From Octopus sinensis (Eukaryota): a DNA stretch of 64,000 nt. The DNA is taken from positions 62,001 to 126,000 of the forward strand of contig NW_021835996.1 in assembly GCF_006345805.1 (NCBI RefSeq). Direction: 5' to 3'. Of the stretch, positions 11,149-23,217 are shown piece after piece. Each line of letters starts with the position of its first letter. The stretch's first letter is position 1. The position numbers and the translations under genes were made by a program. The notes under the pieces were generated by a model that had not been told where the DNA came from, made no database searches, and saw only the letters and a program-made list of their open reading frames with translations.

Positions 11149-12766
11149 ATGCGATACTTTTTACGTGTTGTTTTGCACGCCAGAAAATTTTCAAATTATG
11201 TATTTCCCAACTGCGAACAATCCATCCCTGATCCACATTTGGATTTTGATTACATTTTTAACCAAGAAAACTTTGAAGAGATTCGTACAAATATTAAAAA
11301 CAGAAAATCTTCTGGGGACATAAAAGCTATTGTATGCATTCCATTTGTACTTCTCTAGCACGATATCCTCAATAAGACACATCCCAATGAGCACCAAAAA
11401 GTAATTTAATTTTAATTATTTGTAGCTTATTAAAAACCCACGATTCCTCCGTCTGTGTAAAAAACTACCAAATTTTACTCATCCCGAAACAGTAAGTGAG
11501 TCCTAATCACGAAAGCCCATCGGTGATGAATCTATGGGTGAGCAGGTCACTCTGAAAGGGAAAAGGCCTGGTTGATATAAAAAAATCATATTTTTAGAAT
11601 TTAACTTCCCCCCACGTTCGGCTTCCATAATTTGTGCATTTCTGGGGCAGTTGAGGACACAGTGCTAATTCACACGATAAGTACTGTTTAGAAACACGGG
11701 AATGATCACTGGACCTCGCTCGTACTATCTGATTGGCCAGCTAGCTGAGTTGGAGGAGGCTCTGCTCGAATATGCGCTGGATGTGGTTCAAAAAAAAGTT
11801 GATTGTTCTAAAATGTATTTTTAGGGATTCAAGTTGATTTCAGTGCCAGAAATATTGAATGATGGAGTTATTGTATAGTTTTAATAACATTTTGTAGGAG
11901 TGTTGTGGTGTGGTGAATGACAGTGACCGGTCTTTGGTTTATCGTCTCGACTCAGAACATTATGGACATCACAGTCTCTCGGGGACTTCTGAACTTGCTC
12001 TGGCAGGACTGAACATGAATAATACTTTCGATGAATCAGAATTGCCAAAAAAGTCTGTTTTCAATCATTTTCATGTAATCTTTTAGACTGACGGCTTGTT
12101 CTCGCTGCTACAGAGCAGAGGTAAGCAACGTGGAGGATGAGAAGGGACTATACCGTGTCCATCAGTTCAATAAGGTCGAAATGTTTGGAGTCACTACGAG
12201 AGAAAAAAGTGACTCTTTTCTCAAAGAGATACTATCAATACAACAAGAAATATATGATAGTCTCGGACTGCATTATCGGTTGTTGGTTTATATTATTTCA
12301 GTGTAATTAACATGCCTTCGGAGGAATTGGGGGCTTCCGCTTACTGTAAATACGACATTGAGGCGTGGATTCCTTCCAGTAAATCATTTGGAGAAGTTTG
12401 TTTTCATATTCTAGGAATTTTAGATATCGAGTTGTTCAGATTGTTCGGATTACCAATCAAGGAGGCTGATAATTCGATACAAGGCCGAGAATGGCGATCT
12501 TTCATATGCTCACACAGTAAATGTGCTTATTTAGTCCTGTTGAGGTGAATGGAACTGCGGTGGCACTACCTCGATTGCTTATTCCACTTTTAGAGACACA
12601 CCAGACTAGTGTTAGTGTGTGTTGATGATTTGTGCAGAGGTACTGTGTTGATATTCCACAAGTACTACATCCCTACATGTCGAATGGGACTAAAAGACTT
12701 TGTGAACTTGATAAAATTGTGATGCACTTTAACAAGGCCCTTCCAAAGATTGATTCGGATTTTTGA
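11149..12766 (+). CDS. SARS2: mitochondrial seryl-tRNA synthetase, about 12 exons
   Basis: Spliced product contains [65 protein letters not shown] and [12 protein letters not shown], with a basic N-terminal presequence. Confidence 0.95.
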
Positions 12767-13199
12767 TGAATTTGTTTACTTGTTTTTTAGATGCTATAGA
12801 TTTGTATTAAAGTCTGTTTTAGAAATGTTATTTATGATATAAATTATTTGATGGTAATTTAGTAATAGGGTGGTTTCTGTGTAAAAAAAGTGGTAGTACC
12901 GGTAAAACGTGGAGACCCTAGTCCCTTAGCTTTCCTTGTTCTAACCACAGAATTTTTGAGATCGAAAGAGAACTAGAAAGTCAATTATTTAAATTAATTA
13001 TGAAGTAAGAAGTTTCTTGGTTACTCTTGTCGTGTAGTTTCTTTTAATTATAGTGCACCCCAATACACGTTAGTTTTTGTGCGAATTGAATTATCAATTT
13101 ATTCGATAAAAAAGATTTAAAATTAGAAAGAAAAATCATTTGTGGGTAGTAAAGAGTGCCTGTCTGTTCCCGCTGAGGATGGCAATCGAAATTCTTAAA

Positions 13200-13920
13200 G
13201 CTATGAATTTTTATGTGGCGATTATGTGCCTTATCAGGACAATCTTATGGCCAAGCCAAAGAATGCCTCGCTCTGGTCTACAGACAATTTGTCAGATCAT
13301 CAATGAACTATGGTAGTCCGGCTTGGTCATGGAACCTTTCTCTATCAAATCTCCAAAAACTACAAAGAATCCAAAACTCAGGCCTCAGGCCTCCGCACAA
13401 TAACCATCAGGCCTCCGCACAATAACCATCTTCATTGGGAATCTTGTATCCTTCCGTTCGAAGACCATTTGGAGATGAGAGGACTTCAATTCCTCTACGA
13501 AATACAAGAAATATCTCATCCATGCCACAAAATCTCTATCTCAGAAAACAAAAAACATATTATCACTACTCTAGCCGATCAATGCAGACCTCTCTCAAAA
13601 ATACTCTTAACGAACAATGGGAAAACTGGGAAGAAATTAATTTACGATTACATCTCAACTCGTGCTATCAGGATGCTTAAAAATAACAAACTCCTTGATT
13701 CTCCTCCGCCACCAGTCCATCCTTCAGAGCAATCACTCGACAGGTACTTCCGTGTCCAGCTTGCACGACTTCGCTCGGGACATCATCCACTCTTTTTCGA
13801 AACACTCCGCACCCTCGCCCCTGAAGACCTTTTTTCCTGTCCTGGACCGCCTCACCAGTCGCCACCTATTGGGATTCGGGATCTCTGGGAGCGCCGATTG
13901 CCGCTGTCTGCTACCTGATT
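13200..13920 (+). mobile_element. LINE 3' fragment (RT C-terminal region)
   Basis: VYRQFVRSSMNYGSPAW...LQRIQNSGLR...RVQLARLRSGH. An internal 22-bp tandem duplication near 13385-13430 shifts the frame. Confidence 0.8.
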
Positions 13921-15501
13921 GCAGCCGGCTTCCTACATGCTAGAGAAGCCGGGGTAACTAACTATGTGGCGAAAGTTTTTGCGGCTCGATGCCACCCGTG
14001 CAAGAAAGTGATAATCCAAAAGAATTTTGTAGTTGCTTTTTAGCACAGTCCACTTCGTTCTTGCCGTACTTTGGGGATTCGGCAAATGAGATGATGTTAA
14101 ATGACGTGTCCATGCTTGTCGCATTTCAAACAAGTGACCGGCTTTCATAATATGGAAATATAGTCATTCAAAAATTAAAGGGAAGCCTGGTAGGCTCGGT
14201 GTACGACATTGTTTACCGACCCGTGTCAGGATAAACGCTTGGCAAGAAAGAAAGTGAAGTTTCTTTACGTCTATCCTGCTCACGAAGGGAAATTTTTGAC
14301 TATGCATTGATTTATTCCGGATCAAAAGACGGCGTTAGCTGGATGAGCGAAGGTTTCATGTTCTTAAAGGCTTCTATAGCTTTAGTTGCTTTGATTTGTC
14401 TATAGGTATCGAAAGGTTTGAATAAGTTTAGGAAACCAACAGGTTTTCACTCAATATGTACCCCGAGAGATTGTTGAATGAGTTAGAATTTTATGGATAA
14501 GATTACGGCTGCTGAAAATCGAGAAAGATGCTTTGGGAGCAAGGTCTTAGTGCAGTGAAGTCAGACCTTTTCATCAATATCGTCAAAGTTCATATTAAAA
14601 ATGGATTCAGTTGACGAGTTCATGAAGAACTTGAGTTTAGAAAGGAAATTGCAATTAGCCAAACAAGCAGAGAGTTTTATCATTGTGTTTAGGCATGTGT
14701 TTTTGAATTGAGTAGTACAAGTCGGTGTTAGTCTGCGGAGTTGTCCATCTTTGGATACAAGGTTAGGTTGAATTATTTCGGATCCGCGAAGACGGTCAAA
14801 AAATGATGCTTCTGGCAATTCGGTAAATTTTACGCCTGGAAATGCCCCCAGGATTAGCTTCAAGCGGCTTGTGAGCCGGGTTCTAGGAATTTGGCATTCC
14901 ATTAATTATTTTTCTATTTCTCTTATGAATCGTTGTTATAGCGAAATTCGATTTATTGATTAATCCAATTAATATTAACCTTCAGTGTTTTTTAGTATTT
15001 TAACAATTTATTTTAGGGAAAAAAAAGTAAAATATTACAGAATTACTACGTAAAACTTTACTTTGTTGCTTAGATCTATGAATTTGTAGTATATTGTGCT
15101 AAAATAAACAATAAATTGGATGTAATAATAAAAAAATAACAAAATTTTAGAAAAAATCTGAAAATTGAGTTGGAATTTTTAAGGAATTTTATTTGAAAAT
15201 CTAAAAAAAACAGCTTTATATAATCGGAAATTTTATTTACATATTGTTTTATCGTATAGTATTTATATTGTTGTTCCGGGACATTCGCGAAATTTAAAAA
15301 ATCTATTTTTAGTTTAATTTTTAACAAGATTGTTTATCACATTTTAGTTCGATATTCTTTTTTGGTTTGTTAGTCCAAAAAAAAACTTTAAGATATAATT
15401 GATTATATTCATTTTTATGGACAATTATTATATTTTAAAATAAATATTATGAATTTTAATACAATAAACTTACAAAATCAAATTTTAATTTTGAATCTGA
15501 A

Positions 15502-17069
15502 ATGCAACAATCTGACATCTGGTTGCTCAAGATATTTAATATTTGCGGTGGCAATGAACACGATTTCGTAGACAAAACCGCACTTGTAAACAAGCTGTCA
15601 TCAATTCACATTGTGGATGATAAAAACACCCATGTCAGACTTATTCAAACGACCTTTAGATTATGGACCAATTTATCAAATCGATTCTCAACACAAATAA
15701 TGACAAAAATCAAATTAATTTTGTTGAATTTAAAGAGTGCTATTCTCCTCTCATCTCGTGGACAGAGGATTCTAAGCCATTTAATAATGTAATGAATTTG
15801 TTTTCATGAAATTAAAACTTTATTGTTTTTCATATATTCTAGAATTTATCAAAAAATCCAAAATGCACTCAATTTAACCCGAATTCATTTCCTGAAGAGC
15901 GGTAATAAATTTGTGCGTAAAAGCCCTCAGGTACACCAATTCTGATGACGTGGATTTCGATCCCCTCAAGTAAAAAATTTATTTACAATCTCTAGTTCTT
16001 TGTATGGGGAGTATGATTATATGACCGAGGTCAAGCAATAGTTTATTCAGTTCTAGATTCAGAAAATAAAAAACAAAGTATCTGCAGTAGAGGACTCCAT
16101 TTCCAACAACAGTACTCTAAGTCTGAGGTGATGTTCTTGCTATAAACTAAGACTCTCAATGGTGGAAAAACAATTGGAAGAATTAGTGGTGTCCAATACT
16201 TGTCCAGATTCAGAATTTGATGGAATGGAGTTTCGAGCCTCAATCCAAGACATATATTCAAAGTCGGATATTATTATAAAATTAGACTCAACAAAAGAGA
16301 GCAGGATTATGAGCACTTTGAAAAACAATTTTCGGAATTTAATTTCAAAAAAATCCTACAAGTTTATTTTTATGTCTCAAAATCAGGAAACAGCCCGACT
16401 TTCGGAAAATCTCTGCAACATCCATTCTCAGTTTTCTTCTTTAAAAGACGAGCATGTTCTATTGCTTAGCAACCACCGGAATTTACTTCACGAATTGGAA
16501 GCAGAAAAGCGTAAAAACGAAAAGGTTCTAATTGAGTTTGTCTAGTAGGAATTAGATTTCATCAGAACTAAAAGAAGTCCTCAAATCCTCGGCTTACGTC
16601 AATACTGAACGGAGAAAGGATCTTGAAATGATAGGTAGAATCCTTGAATTGGAGTCCCCTTCAGTCAATGACATTTTGGGCAATATTACTTGCATTAAGA
16701 AGGTATTGACTAAAATAAAATTTTAGGAAAATGAAATTCAAAAGTCGCAGCTTGAAAGCTTGTATTTTTATTTTAAAGATTCTGATTTATCGAAACGGGT
16801 TATCCATGATAGTGACGACGTTTGTTAGTTTCACAATTTTGTTTAGATAACAGTAAAATTTGAGGATTTGTTGGAAGATAAGAATAAACAGAGGTTATAT
16901 ATTGAGAAGCTCGTTTCACGTGTGTTGCTATATAATCCAGAATTACTTGAAAAAGAGGATTAGTTTTGTTATATTGATACATATTATATATCAAATATTA
17001 CTTGTTTTTACTAAAATTAAGAGCTGTGTGAAATTATGCTTTAAAATGATAATAAAAAACAATTTTTAG
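15502..17069 (+). CDS. EF-hand-like N-terminus + coiled coil + hydrophobic C-terminus (KASH5/LRMP-like architecture)
   Basis: LLKIFNICGGNEHDFVDKTALVNKL...QINFVEFKEC, heptad-rich central exons and tiny introns. The 3' end is uncertain. Confidence 0.45.
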
Positions 17070-17374
17070 CAATTTTACGTAAATAATTATCTTTAATAAT
17101 CTTTTTTGAGAACATTATTAAATATTAAACTGTTTGGAGAAGGTTCCTCATAATTAAATAAACTTATAGATATATAGCCAAAAGACCGAAATATTAAATC
17201 TTTATGAAATGGGCGTTGATTAACACATTTCCTTAATAGTTTATCTATTTTCGGTTATTGAATCAGCAATCTTAAAATTAAGATTTAGGTCATTATACTG
17301 TAAAAAATCTCTCTACATGACCAAATACCAAAAAGAATTGTTCCGTGAACAAATGAATAAAAAAATGCTACTAA

Positions 17375-20300
17375 TCACATATTATTAAAAATCACATCTT
17401 CCACCAAGTTACCTCCAATAAGTTTTAAATCTTCTCCAAACAATGTTATATCGGGCTTAAGCATCACAGAAATGCCATCTGATCCAATAACTGGCTGTCT
17501 ATATTCGACTTGATTGACCTAAAAATATAACAAAAATTAAACCGAGAAAGGTATATCCGTCAAAAAACTTGGCCTGAGCATAACACCAACTTTATAGCCT
17601 CCATATACATCGTAGAAAAAAAGCGCATGTTCTGAAAACCGTTTCTAAGATAAATTTAACAAATTAAAACAGCGAGGCAATCAACATATTTACGTAAAGG
17701 ATCATAATCTAACACTGGAATTGGTAAAATCTGGCGTTTCGAATCTTCGATGGTCTTTGAAGAAATGTGATGAAGAGAATAGACGACTTTTCGTCGTAGT
17801 ATTATTAAAATGTCAAACATTTTATCATTCTGACTGAATATAAACTGCATAGTGAAACGATAAAATAATAACTTTGGATATTTCTCCTGAAGAATTTGAC
17901 AAAATTTCAAAAGCCTTCTTAGAAATTTGCACAAGTCGTGTAACAACGACTTTAGAGGGTCCCTTAAACGTACACATAGAGTTAAATTTATCCATCGGCG
18001 TGGCAATAAACATTGCAGGAAGTTCAGAGCGATTGCTGTTAAACCTATTAATAATTTCATCTCTTTCTTCGTCTAAGTAATAGAGTTGGTTCAAAATAAC
18101 CCGATAAAACAGAATGTGGATCAAATATTAATGGTTTTGAATTCCAGTCAAAGGAACTCACAAATCGTAAAAATCGTATGAAAATAACACGCGGGGACCT
18201 AAAAATACACAAAATTCTCAACATTGGAGTCGTAAAAGGCGCACTCTCTATACATAAATGATTTACGATGATCTCAATGACTATTTCAGGGATATGGACA
18301 ATTAAAAGTAATTGTGCGGCAACCCATCTTTTGACCAGCCTGACTCCACCAGAATAGGAACGACTAGCTTGTTGATGTAAACTAAAATAATAAATTGGAT
18401 TATATACTTTGTAAAAAATGAGTTAATTTGAGGAAAAACGTTATAATCATAATTAAATTCGTTCATTTCTTGCTTATTCTTAAACCGAAGAGATTTCAGC
18501 TCACTATGAGAAGTAAGTTGAAGCCTCCATGGGATAGAACACTGAAAAAATTATAAATATAAATCTAACATGGATGATGTCCACTCTATCAGAATATCCA
18601 ACTGCCTGGATGGATTCGGTTTTTCTCAGCAGCGCAGCTATTCTCAGGTAAAATGAAGCTTTCAAATGTCGAACAGCATCCAAATCATTAGGCCATTTGG
18701 TACTTGACTCAAGTATTCCCAGAACTACAAAACTATAACTAAGACCACTTTCTATCGGCTTTATATAAGACGAAAGAAGAGATGAGCCTTGTTGTGGAAT
18801 GCAGTGGCCGCGCAATACCTTCCCCGTTACTTCATTACTAATTGGATTCACTGGAAAAACCTAAAAAGGTCCAATCAATTAGAAAACCTCAGCATGACGT
18901 AGAGTAGGAGACATGGATTGTATTTTTACAATAGGTAAAGGTAGAAATGAAAATGACAAAAGTAAATTAGACAATTGAGTGAAGTACTTGTTGACTTCAG
19001 CGTACCTTTCGTCCACAGAAAAAGATAGCTCCCTTATTTTAGACTTAAAGTTCTTCCTATTGTATTCGTTAAATCCAAAAAGAATTTGTTGTTCAGTCAG
19101 TTCGATTACATTGATATTTTTTTCAGTTCCTTCAAAATGCCTAAATATAAATAGCAACATTACAAATCAAGAATATATTTGATTATAGATTTTATTATTC
19201 CACGTTTTTCGTCAAAATTTTTTGCCGGCCAAATAACTGATTCGCATACAATTCCATCCGGAAACCTCCTTAAAAGACAGCTGTTGCCCCAAAATTCTCG
19301 GAATGAATTAACCTATAAAGAACATACAAATATGGGATAATTACAAGTTCTTTGTCTTTAGATTCCAATCTATCGACATCTCTATAGCAATGTTTTCCAT
19401 TTAACAAAACTCCAACATTAATAACATCTAGAAAAGCACTTTTTGGCGGAGGCGAGTCAATTGACCACTGAAATAACTCAGGACATATAAACATTTAAAA
19501 CAGAAGAGCAGCACAAGTATAGGAGCGTAATGCGATTATCAAGTGCTCTGCTAAGGACCTTTTCAATATGTTCAATAGACGAATAATAACTACATCGACC
19601 ACAGTCCTCGTATTTATCTGTTGATTGACTATTCTGGAGGCAGTTAGAAATCCTAGCTTATCACAGGTGACATACAAACTGAAATTGGAGGTCAAATTTC
19701 TCGTAGAATCGAATTGGAGTCATAAACAAAAGTTCATAACTGTCATTCTCTCGTTCTAAAATTTTCAAACTCAGTCGTGCTTCGTGAACGAGCTATAAAT
19801 AGATATACGATTATTACCAGTTGATAATGACTAACGGATACGAGACAAAATATTCATAAAACCAGATGGGTCAACAAATACGAGATCAGAATGCTCACGA
19901 AAGTCTTGCAATTTCGGCAAATTTTCATTTCCTTGGTTATAACATAGAGAAATGGGATTCTTTATAAGACAATGTTGATCTGAAAGTTAATTACATTACT
20001 TTCGAACCAAAATAAACGAATATATTTCGTAGAATCTGTATAATATCCATAGAATTAGAAATTATGCCATTTTTGAGAAAATAAGCAAAAAACATGGTAA
20101 AAATAAATCCCGAAAACTGACCAGAATTCTATGAACAGTATAATTAACAAAATAGAAACTGTCTGATCGAGTTCTCGCTGTCTAGCCCAAACTTTCAGTA
20201 AAATAAGTGCGTCGGCAATATTCCCGTTTATCAGATCTGTAAGAAATTCGTTGATCTCCATCATTAGAACATCCGAAAGACATGAGTGATTATAAAATGG

Positions 20301-21129
20301 AGACTTTCCGATCGCAATACAATCAAGATTATTATGATTCGGAGAAAATAATTCTTTTTGAAAGATACCCTTTGGTGGAATTGGATGAATGATGACTTTA
20401 ATTCTTCTTAAAATAGGTTCTAATGTAAAAATTTGTTTATTAAAACTAACCATTTGAATAGACATACAGAACAGGATGATATTTGTTTTGACGGTAAGAA
20501 AATTCAACTTTCTTAACAAAGTCAGATTTACAAAGAGAATCAGCAATACAGCTCAAGTAAAGGGCTCTCTTTGCAAAATAAATTAAATTTCTATGATCTT
20601 GATCGGAAAATATTTCTGCTGGCATTTCAACGGAAATATCAATAGAGACGTCCGGACGAAGAGCTGTACGGGACTCAAAACTTCCAAGAATATTAATTTT
20701 TAGTGGGGAGACAAATTTAAAAGAAACTTTAACATTTGGATAATCAAATGGAACGTAAACTCCTCTGAATTTACGATTAGATTGATTCTAAAATGAATTC
20801 ATTCAAAAATAAACATATTTAACATTCTTTGACTTAATCGAAGAAAGATTTTGTTTTATGCCAGATAGAAAAAAGTCCAATTTCTCATTAATTTCAGAAA
20901 TTTTTATGGATTTAATTAATTCCAATAACTATATGATTTTTTTAATTTAAAATAACAAACCTTCATTTCCAGTAAGGTCGAGCTTCTTGAATAATATAAA
21001 TTCTTTAAAAACAACAGTTCTTCCTGTTCGTTGAATTTTAAATTAGCTTTCGTTTTTGGAGAGTTGCCTGCCTATTTAATACCAATAATAAATATAATTT
21101 ACTTCATTATTAATCAATTTTCTTTTCAT
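17375..21129 (-). CDS. NOL6: nucleolar protein 6 (Nrap/Utp22), many tiny introns
   Basis: DALILLKVWARQREL, FVDPSG, KWPNDLDAVRHLKASFY, LPAMFIATPMD, ALFFYDVYGG. Confidence 0.92.
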
Positions 21130-21273
21130 TTAAAATCTTTGAAATGAGAATTTTTAGAAACAACAACAGATGTATCAAAATTGCACGCTTTTATTAAAAG
21201 TTTATTAAAAAATTTTATTCATTTAAAAATATTTATTATTTTGAAAAATATTATTTTTTTCAAATATGTAATT

Positions 21274-22590
21274 TTAAAATACATCTCTGGAAGAAGTCCG
21301 CCTTTTAAATATTTTTTTCTTTTTTAAAAAGGAACACTGTTCCAAAGCCGAAGAAGGCTCTTTTTCTTTTTTAACATCTTTAGACGTGTTATCGTTGTCT
21401 ATTTTGATTGAATCTTTGTCTTCCATTTGGTCCTCTTTGTACTGCTTCATCATTTCAAGAACATTGACATTTTCCGAGTTTATTGTCTTTCCCTGTTGGA
21501 TAAATGTCATAAAATTTATTTAAAATATAAACCGTAATCCAATAGGAATTTGAAATTTCATTTGCTGAGAGACGTAAAGCGGGATTTACTTCTAACATTC
21601 CCTGAATACACTTCCTTCCTTAAAATTCGTTTATCTTGTACAACCAGACACTGACATTCCACTAAAGCGAGTTGATTCGTAGTCGATTTCTCCATTTTTT
21701 ATTAGTTTGTATAACTGTTGTTGAGATTTAAAGCTGTAGGGTTGCTGACCTTCAACTCTAAAATTGAATATCCTAACAACTAACAGACAGTAAGCTATGA
21801 TTCCCATGGCCCAAACATCGCAGAGTGTACTGTACGATTGCTTTCTCACTATTTCTGGAGCTGGAAGATTGATAAAATAATAATAAAACCCATGTAAACC
21901 GGAGTCCCGCAGAAATCGTGTAGCATGTGATCAGCCGTAACTCCTCCAATTTTTATGGCCAGACCGAAATCACTAATCTGAAATATATTAGAATTATATT
22001 ATACTTTAATTCTAAATGTATATTCATGGTCAATTATATCTTGAATTAAAATATTTTCAAGTTTAATATCTCGATGAACAATGTCTAATAATATAGATTA
22101 CTAGTTTTACCCATTTTGTGAAGATAGGTTAAAGCACATGCTAATTGTTTAATTACATCCCGAATTTCGCGTTCTTCTAAATTATTCTTTTTCTTTAGCA
22201 TTTGCGCTAGCTGTCCTTTCTCACATAATTCCATTACCAAAAAAACTTGCTAATCAAATAAATGTATTTTATTGTAAAACCTGCCTAGTTTCATACACTT
22301 CATAAAGTTTAATTAAGTTTGGGTGATTGATTATTTTCAAAATTTCTATTTCATGCTCGAGTAAACACACTCCCCGACTGCCGGCCTGATGATATAAGAA
22401 ATGCATTTACTTTTTCTTTGTTAACAATTTTGATCGCAATGTCTGTTTGTGTTTTCTGGCTGAATGCCTTGTAGACAGTTCCAAATGTCCCTTTTCCGAT
22501 AGTTTGATCAAACACAAATAAAATATTTAAGGCTGAATTGCTGTCGACGCGTTTGTGAATTATTCTCTCCTCAAGTTGATTTCCATCCAT
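21274..22590 (-). CDS. STK33: serine/threonine kinase 33-like
   Basis: IGKGTFGTV, AIKIVNKEK|AGSRGVCLLEHEIEILK, VHRDIKLENIL, SDFGLA, CGTPVYM, CDVWAMG. The NKEKAGS signature is typical of STK33. Confidence 0.88.
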
Positions 22591-23217
22591 ATTAATAATT
22601 ATTTCTTTAAACTATAATACTATTTAACTATTTGTGACCAAATCACGTCAGAAAATATCCGAAATCAAGCTTTATATATTTGACTAAACCACATTTAGTC
22701 ACCGTTGCTAAGAAAAACATATTTCATATAATTTTATTACATTTCTGCACCTAATTAATTTAATAGTAATCTTTATTAGAAAACACAAAATTACGTTTCT
22801 TCATTTTTAAAATATTTTATTCGTTTTCAGAAAAACTCTACACCCTTTCGTTAATCAATTGATAGTTGTTTGGAATTTATAGTTTATTGTCATCAAACAA
22901 TAATGCTCTATTAATAAATTGTCAAGGTTATCCCATTAATATTGAGTGACAATCAAGTTCATGAACTGATCAGGTGCTCTAATATTTTATTAAATATATT
23001 ATCAATTTCAAATAAGTATTAATTAAGTAATCTTCTTTTTGAGTCGATACATTCTTTATTCGCACAGTGATTCAAGTAGCCAAGCCCGCCTCACTTCTTT
23101 CGAGGTGCTTGCAGGCACTGGGGGTGTTGTAGACACACTTATTTGGTGATAAATCTTAGTTATTCTTTTGTCCAGTTCAAGCCTCTTTTCCCACGGTTCA
23201 ACTCTGTTCCTATAAGA

